A DNA stretch of 64,000 nucleotides from Gammaproteobacteria bacterium (lineage in GTDB: Bacteria > Pseudomonadota > Gammaproteobacteria > CAJXQU01). Below, in pieces: positions 58,959-64,000 of the stretch. The notes under the pieces are model-generated. The model made no database searches. It saw only the letters and a program-made list of their open reading frames with translations, and was not told where the DNA came from. Position 1 is the first letter of the stretch. Each line of letters starts with the position of its first letter. The stretch covers positions 1,453,561 to 1,517,560 of the forward strand of contig OZ245018.1 of NCBI GenBank assembly GCA_965223825.1, read 5' to 3'. The position numbers were made by a program, and so were the translations under genes.

Positions 58959-60851
58959 ATGAATAGTGAAAATGCTCTATTAAATAATTTCGAAGAAAAC
59001 GAAAAAGACATTAGTGATTATTTGAATGTCTTGCGTCGTCGCAAAGGTTTGATCATGAGCGTAATGGCATTGATTTTAACAATCAGCCTAGGCTTCGCTT
59101 TTGGAACACCTGCCGTTTACAAGTCAACCGCAACAATCCTGATTGAACAACAAGAAGTCCCTCAAGATTTTGTTCGTACACTTGTTACTAGTTACGCTGA
59201 GCAACGTATCCAAGTCATCAGTCAGAAAATTCTTTCTTCAAAGAACTTAATGCTGTTGGTTGAAAAATACAATTTGTTTAGTGAAGAACGCAAAAATACA
59301 CCCATAGAAAGCGTGCTGGGTACCATGCGGGAGAATATTAGTCTGGATATGGTAAGTGCTGATGTAGTGGATCCTCTCAGTGGTCAAGCCCGTTCAGCAA
59401 CAATCGCCTTTACACTTTCGTTTGAAGACAAATCAGCTAAATTAGCGCAAAGCGTTGCGAATGAACTAGTCACTCTATTTTTAAATGAAAATATAAAAAA
59501 TCGTACTGAAACAGCTATCGAAGCTTCTGCATTCTTATCTTCAGAAGGTGACAAGTTACGCAATACAATAGCAGCACTAGAAGCGAAGTTAGCGCAATTT
59601 AAAGAGGAGAATGCTGAGTCCTTGCCGGAACTCTCTGATCTAAATACGCAAATGATGAATCGAACTGAGCAGGAAATACTTGAAGTTCGTCGTCAGATAT
59701 CCTCTTTAAATGAACGCAAAATTTATCTCGCAGCAGAACTTTCACAACAGCCAGAAAAAATAGATGAGCAGCGGTATAACCCTGCATATGATTTACAAAG
59801 GCAGCGTTACGAACAGGCTTTGCAAAAGCATCAATATGAATTAAGTCGCCGTTCACAGATCGGTTCAGAACCAGATGCCCGATTGGAAGCGCTGCAGACT
59901 GAATATCTAGCTGTATCCTCTAAATATTCAGCTGGTCATCCAGATGTTCAACGCTTAAAGAGAGAAATAGATTCACTCAAAAACGAAGTTGGTGTGAGTG
60001 CGAGCGATACAACACTGCTAGAATCAAGAATTGCTGCGTTACAATTGAAATTATCGAGTGCTCGAGAGCGGTATTCCGAAGACCATCCTGATGTAAAACG
60101 TTACGAGCGGGAGCTTGCAGAACTTGAGCGACAACGAACGGGAGAAGTCGTTAATTTTTCGCAGAGAAAGTCATCAGGCTTCCCAAGCTATAATGTTACT
60201 CAACCGCAGTTTTTAATTAAAGAGCGCCCAAACCCAGCATATGTCCAATTAAAGGCACAGTTGGATGCATCAGACTCTGATCTTGCTTCGTTAAATAAAA
60301 AAATCGATGAGCTTGAAACCCGCTATCGAGATTATGAAAGTCGACTAACGAGAACTCCTCAAGTTGAACGTGAATATCGTGATTTAGTGCGTGATTTTGA
60401 CACCGCAAGTGCGAAATACCGGGAGATTACATCTAAACAATTAGAAGCACAGTTAGCACAGTCACTTGAGTCTGAACGTAAAGGTGAACGTTTCACACTG
60501 ATTGAACCACCGTTAATGCCTGAAAAACCATATAAACCAAATAGATTAGCAATAGCGTTTCTTGGTTTGATTTTTTCTTTTGCCGGTGGAATTGGCGCCG
60601 CATCATTAGCCGAAGCATTAAACGATTCGGTACGTGGACGACATGGTGTGATGGAAATTCTCGGCGAGCCACCACTTGCTGTAGTACCGTATATCGAGAC
60701 TTATGAAGATGTACGTAAACGCGTCATGCAACGAACGTTACTTGTTTTTGGGTTAATCATGAGCTTGGTGATTGGAATTGCCGTCGTGCACTTATATTTT
60801 ATTCCGCTTGATGTACTTTGGTTTAAAACATTACGTCGTTTCGGTATTTAA
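58959..60851 (+). CDS. Polysaccharide co-polymerase / chain-length determinant (GumC / Wzc N-terminal part)
   Basis: DYLNVLRRRK, TM1, VYKSTATILIEQQEVP..FV, long coiled coil, GERFTLIEPP..PEKP.KPNR, TM2, extra C-terminal TM. Confidence 0.9.
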   Translation: MNSENALLNNFEENEKDISDYLNVLRRRKGLIMSVMALILTISLGFAFGTPAVYKSTATILIEQQEVPQDFVRTLVTSYAEQRIQVISQKILSSKNLMLLVEKYNLFSEERKNTPIESVLGTMRENISLDMVSADVVDPLSGQARSATIAFTLSFEDKSAKLAQSVANELVTLFLNENIKNRTETAIEASAFLSSEGDKLRNTIAALEAKLAQFKEENAESLPELSDLNTQMMNRTEQEILEVRRQISSLNERKIYLAAELSQQPEKIDEQRYNPAYDLQRQRYEQALQKHQYELSRRSQIGSEPDARLEALQTEYLAVSSKYSAGHPDVQRLKREIDSLKNEVGVSASDTTLLESRIAALQLKLSSARERYSEDHPDVKRYERELAELERQRTGEVVNFSQRKSSGFPSYNVTQPQFLIKERPNPAYVQLKAQLDASDSDLASLNKKIDELETRYRDYESRLTRTPQVEREYRDLVRDFDTASAKYREITSKQLEAQLAQSLESERKGERFTLIEPPLMPEKPYKPNRLAIAFLGLIFSFAGGIGAASLAEALNDSVRGRHGVMEILGEPPLAVVPYIETYEDVRKRVMQRTLLVFGLIMSLVIGIAVVHLYFIPLDVLWFKTLRRFGI

Positions 60852-60865
60852 GAAGGGTGAACTAA

Positions 60866-61696
60866 ATGGAACGAATTAAACAAGCATTAGCCCGAGCTCG
60901 TGAAGAGCAACAAACAAGAGCAAAAGCGAGTCCAAAATTGGCTGAGGTTAAGCGATATCAGCAGCCGGTAGATGAGGAGGACTTTGACTATGATTATATT
61001 CAAACCAAAATTTTCCAGCCGGATCAGAAGATCTTGCGCAATAACCGTATAATTTTTGAGAAAGAAAATGATCGCGCGGTCGCATCGTATAAATTATTAC
61101 GGACTCAAATTGAGCAACGAATGCTGGCTAAGCAGTGGCGGACATTGGCGATTACAAGTCCGGGTCCAAATCATGGTAAATCATTAACGGCGATAAATTT
61201 TGCAATCAGCTTGGCTAAATCAAGCCACCATTCCGTATTACTTGTGGATCTCGATCTTCGCAAGCCATCAGTACACCGTTATTTTGGTTATGAGCCAACA
61301 CAAGGCATTTATGATGTGCTGACAAAAGATGTACCATTTGAAAACATACTTTTTAATCCGTCTATCGAACGCCTCGTAATTGCACCTGGTGGAGAATCTA
61401 TTTATAACTCATCTGAAGTTCTTGCATCGCCGAATATGGCTCGCTTTGTCAACGAGTTAAAACACCGCTATAAATCGCGCTACGTTATTTTCGATCTACC
61501 TCCAGTTTTAGCTACAGATGATGCCATGGCTTTTGCGCCGCATGTGGATGCTATGTTGCTGGTTGTTGAAGACGGTGTTACTACTAAAGATCAAATGAAA
61601 CAAACCTTGGAAATGTTACAAGGAACCAATATTGTTGGCTCGGTATTAAACAAATCGAAAAGTCATGCAGGTAGTTATTACTATTATTACTATTGA
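60866..61696 (+). CDS. Stand-alone BY-kinase (CpsD/CapB family tyrosine kinase)
   Basis: SYKLLRTQI, AITSPGPNHGKS (Walker A), LLVDLDLRKP (A'), IFDLPPVL (B), C-terminal YYYYYY. Confidence 0.92.
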   Translation: MERIKQALARAREEQQTRAKASPKLAEVKRYQQPVDEEDFDYDYIQTKIFQPDQKILRNNRIIFEKENDRAVASYKLLRTQIEQRMLAKQWRTLAITSPGPNHGKSLTAINFAISLAKSSHHSVLLVDLDLRKPSVHRYFGYEPTQGIYDVLTKDVPFENILFNPSIERLVIAPGGESIYNSSEVLASPNMARFVNELKHRYKSRYVIFDLPPVLATDDAMAFAPHVDAMLLVVEDGVTTKDQMKQTLEMLQGTNIVGSVLNKSKSHAGSYYYYYY

Positions 61697-61780
61697 TTTA
61701 GAGTGGAAATGAAAGCAATTACGTGAATTTTTACAACAGTCTAAGATCATCACGACCAAGGGAAAACAGGTAGTCATAAC

Positions 61781-62722
61781 ATGTACGAACAATTTTTCGG
61801 TTTTGACGAAAAACCATTCTCATTATTACCCGACCCGGATTTTTTATATCTAGGAAATAAACACAGTATGGCGCTGGCCTTACTTCAATATGCGGTACTG
61901 AATGAGATTATGGTCACTGTTCTCAGTGGCGAAATAGGCTCGGGCAAAACTACGTTGGTTCGACACATTCTCAACCAATTGGACGATCAGGTGAACATCG
62001 GTCTGATTTCAAATACCCATCGTAACTTTGGTGATTTGATTCAATGGGTCTGTCTTGCATATGGTTTACCTGTTGATAAAAAAGATAAAATTGCTCTTTA
62101 CCAAGATTTTTACGAGCACATCATCGAACAATATGCACAAGGTAAACGTTCGATCTTGATTATTGATGAAGCACAGAATCTTGATGTTGAAGCGTTGGAA
62201 GAATTACGCCTTCTTACGAATATCAATGCTGATAAAGATAACGTCTTACAGCTCGTATTAATTGGACAGCCTGAACTACGTCAAAAGCTAAAACTGCAAG
62301 GGTTAGAGCAATTTATTCAACGTGTTGGCGTAGCTTACCATCTCAAACCTTTGGGCCGTGAAGAAACAGATCGTTATATCCGCCATCGTTTAAAATCTGC
62401 CGGTGGTGATCCGGATCTGTTTGAACCTGTCGCGCTTCGATTTATTCATCACCAAAGTGGTGGTATTCCGCGTTTGATAAATGTTCTGTGTGATTCAGCA
62501 TTGGTTTATGCCTATGGCGAACGTCGAAAAAGGATCGATGTTGGTTTGGTTCATCAAGTTGTTCAGGACAAGATCAAAACCGGTTTGTTGGCAACGAGAA
62601 AGCATCCTGTGGAAGATGAGGCTGAAAAAATTCCAGTCTCCAAGAAAATGTCTTCAACGACAGCAAAACCACAACAACCGGATGATAAAGTCATCCCCGG
62701 CACCTTTAACTATAAGAATTAG
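61781..62722 (+). CDS. ExeA-like AAA ATPase (as found in EPS/PEP-CTERM loci)
   Basis: MYEQFFGFDEKPFSLLPDPDFLY, SGEIGSGKTTL, IIDEAQNL, LQLVLIGQPEL, SGGIPRLINVLCD.AL..AY. Confidence 0.88.
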   Translation: MYEQFFGFDEKPFSLLPDPDFLYLGNKHSMALALLQYAVLNEIMVTVLSGEIGSGKTTLVRHILNQLDDQVNIGLISNTHRNFGDLIQWVCLAYGLPVDKKDKIALYQDFYEHIIEQYAQGKRSILIIDEAQNLDVEALEELRLLTNINADKDNVLQLVLIGQPELRQKLKLQGLEQFIQRVGVAYHLKPLGREETDRYIRHRLKSAGGDPDLFEPVALRFIHHQSGGIPRLINVLCDSALVYAYGERRKRIDVGLVHQVVQDKIKTGLLATRKHPVEDEAEKIPVSKKMSSTTAKPQQPDDKVIPGTFNYKN

Positions 62723-62933
62723 CCAGATCGCTTATTTCATCTGATTCGTATTCCGCGATGAGATAAGAACTTGTCGCGCAGGTGTCGAATAAATAGTTTC
62801 ATTATTCGTTAGTCATTCCTGAACTGCGTGGCATCCGTGTATAATTTCCCTCATACACATAAAAAACCGTTTTAAGCATCCACACTAGCTCCACTTTTTG
62901 GGTTTAGTCATTCGTGATGTTTAGAGTAATCCA

Positions 62934-64000
62934 ATGACTGAAGCCACTTTTCGCCCTCTTGCTGATCGCATGCGTCCACAATCTATTACGGAAGTCATAG
63001 GACAATCGCATTTACTCACAGATGGCAAACCGCTTCGGCTTGCGATCGAGTCCGGCAAGCTACACTCAATGGTCTTTTGGGGACCGCCGGGCACAGGTAA
63101 AACGACTCTCGCACGGTTAGTTGCTGATCATGCTGAAGCAGAATTTTTGACCATTTCTGCGGTTCTTGGTGGTATCAAAGAGATTCGGGCAGCGATTGAT
63201 CAAGCAAAACAAATTCGCGAGGCTTATCAACGCCATACGGTTTTGTTTGTCGACGAAGTACATCGTTTTAATAAATCTCAGCAAGATGCATTTCTACCGC
63301 ATATTGAAGACGGCACGATTACCTTCGTTGGGGCAACCACAGAAAACCCTTCATTTGAATTAAATAATGCATTGCTATCGCGTGTTCGCGTTTACGTGCT
63401 GCAATCTTTGTCGCAGGATGACATGTTGCAAATCATTCAACATGCCTTGACAGAGTTAGGGGTGGCGATGGAGAGCAGCCTTTGTGAAATGTTAGCGCAA
63501 GCAGCTGATGGAGATGCGCGGCGTGTTCTGAACTTATTAGAGATCGCTTCTGACCTTTCACAGGATGGTCAGATCACGCAATCTCACCTTGAACAAGTAC
63601 TCGCTGGAGGGACTTTACGTCGCTTTGATAAAGGGGGGGAAGCATTTTACGATCAGATATCTGCATTACATAAATCCGTCCGCGGCTCCGCACCCGATGC
63701 GGCGCTATATTGGTTCGCGCGAATGATTGATGGTGGTTGTGATCCACTTTACCTTGCACGACGAGTGGTTAGAATTGCCTCTGAAGATATCGGAAATGCT
63801 GATCCTCGAGGGCTTCGCTTGGCCTTAGATGCGTGGGAAACCCAAGAACGATTGGGTAGCCCGGAGGGTGAATTAGCTATCGCCCAAGCCATTGTTTATT
63901 TAGCTTGCGCAGCGAAAAGTAATGCTGTCTATATGGCCTTCAATGCAGCAATGCAAGATGCGCGACAATCAGGTTCGCTAGCGGTGCCAATTCATTTACG
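62934..64000 (+). CDS. rarA: Replication-associated recombination protein A (3' end outside window; absent from the ORF track)
   Basis: My translation from ATG 62934: [16 protein letters not shown]...IGQSHLL...[17 protein letters not shown]...[45 protein letters not shown]...[23 protein letters not shown]. Confidence 0.95.
   Translation, partial: MTEATFRPLADRMRPQSITEVIGQSHLLTDGKPLRLAIESGKLHSMVFWGPPGTGKTTLARLVADHAEAEFLTISAVLGGIKEIRAAIDQAKQIREAYQRHTVLFVDEVHRFNKSQQDAFLPHIEDGTITFVGATTENPSFELNNALLSRVRVYVLQSLSQDDMLQIIQHALTELGVAMESSLCEMLAQAADGDARRVLNLLEIASDLSQDGQITQSHLEQVLAGGTLRRFDKGGEAFYDQISALHKSVRGSAPDAALYWFARMIDGGCDPLYLARRVVRIASEDIGNADPRGLRLALDAWETQERLGSPEGELAIAQAIVYLACAAKSNAVYMAFNAAMQDARQSGSLAVPIHL

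Noticed and set aside
1-64000. tRNA, rRNA, CRISPR arrays, IS elements, integrases, selenocysteine read-through
   Set aside because: None seen. Almost all sequence is explained by intact CDS, and the inspected intergenic gaps lack tRNA arms, repeat-spacer periodicity, transposase ORFs or in-frame TGA-split genes.

Overview
A 64-kb chromosomal window from a Gammaproteobacterium (inferred from EpmA/EpmB-type EF-P modification, LapA/LapB, CsiV and the gyrA-pheA-hisC-tyrA-aroA-cmk-rpsA-ihfB-lapAB-pyrF superoperon). I found no tRNA, rRNA, CRISPR array, transposase or integrase. 1-18 kb is accessory-like: a Fur-boxed TonB receptor/alpha-hydroxy acid oxidase/PiuC cluster, DUF1097, DUF533, an Arg/His-rich lipoprotein, a di-haem oxidoreductase behind a long AT-rich region, a papain + alpha/beta-hydrolase fusion, FKBP, and RegBA divergent from a cytochrome c with tandem RegA boxes. 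18-37 kb is core housekeeping (xseA to mfd). 37-56 kb holds galE, cysC, a MoxY/MoxX-like two-component pair, an NdvB-like glucan synthase, dsbB, an exported YyaL/DsbD-N fusion, a PP2C phosphatase, ybgC-epmB/efp/epmA, yoaA, moeA and mobAB. 56-63 kb is an export-only exopolysaccharide module, followed by a truncated rarA. The most striking non-gene signal is strong but patchy over-representation of GATC (especially YGATCR), which disappears in the AT-rich island and the wzc-like gene. All product calls are from motif recognition by eye, no database searches were run, and counts are hand counts. Several starts were moved from the ORF track using ribosome-binding-site evidence.
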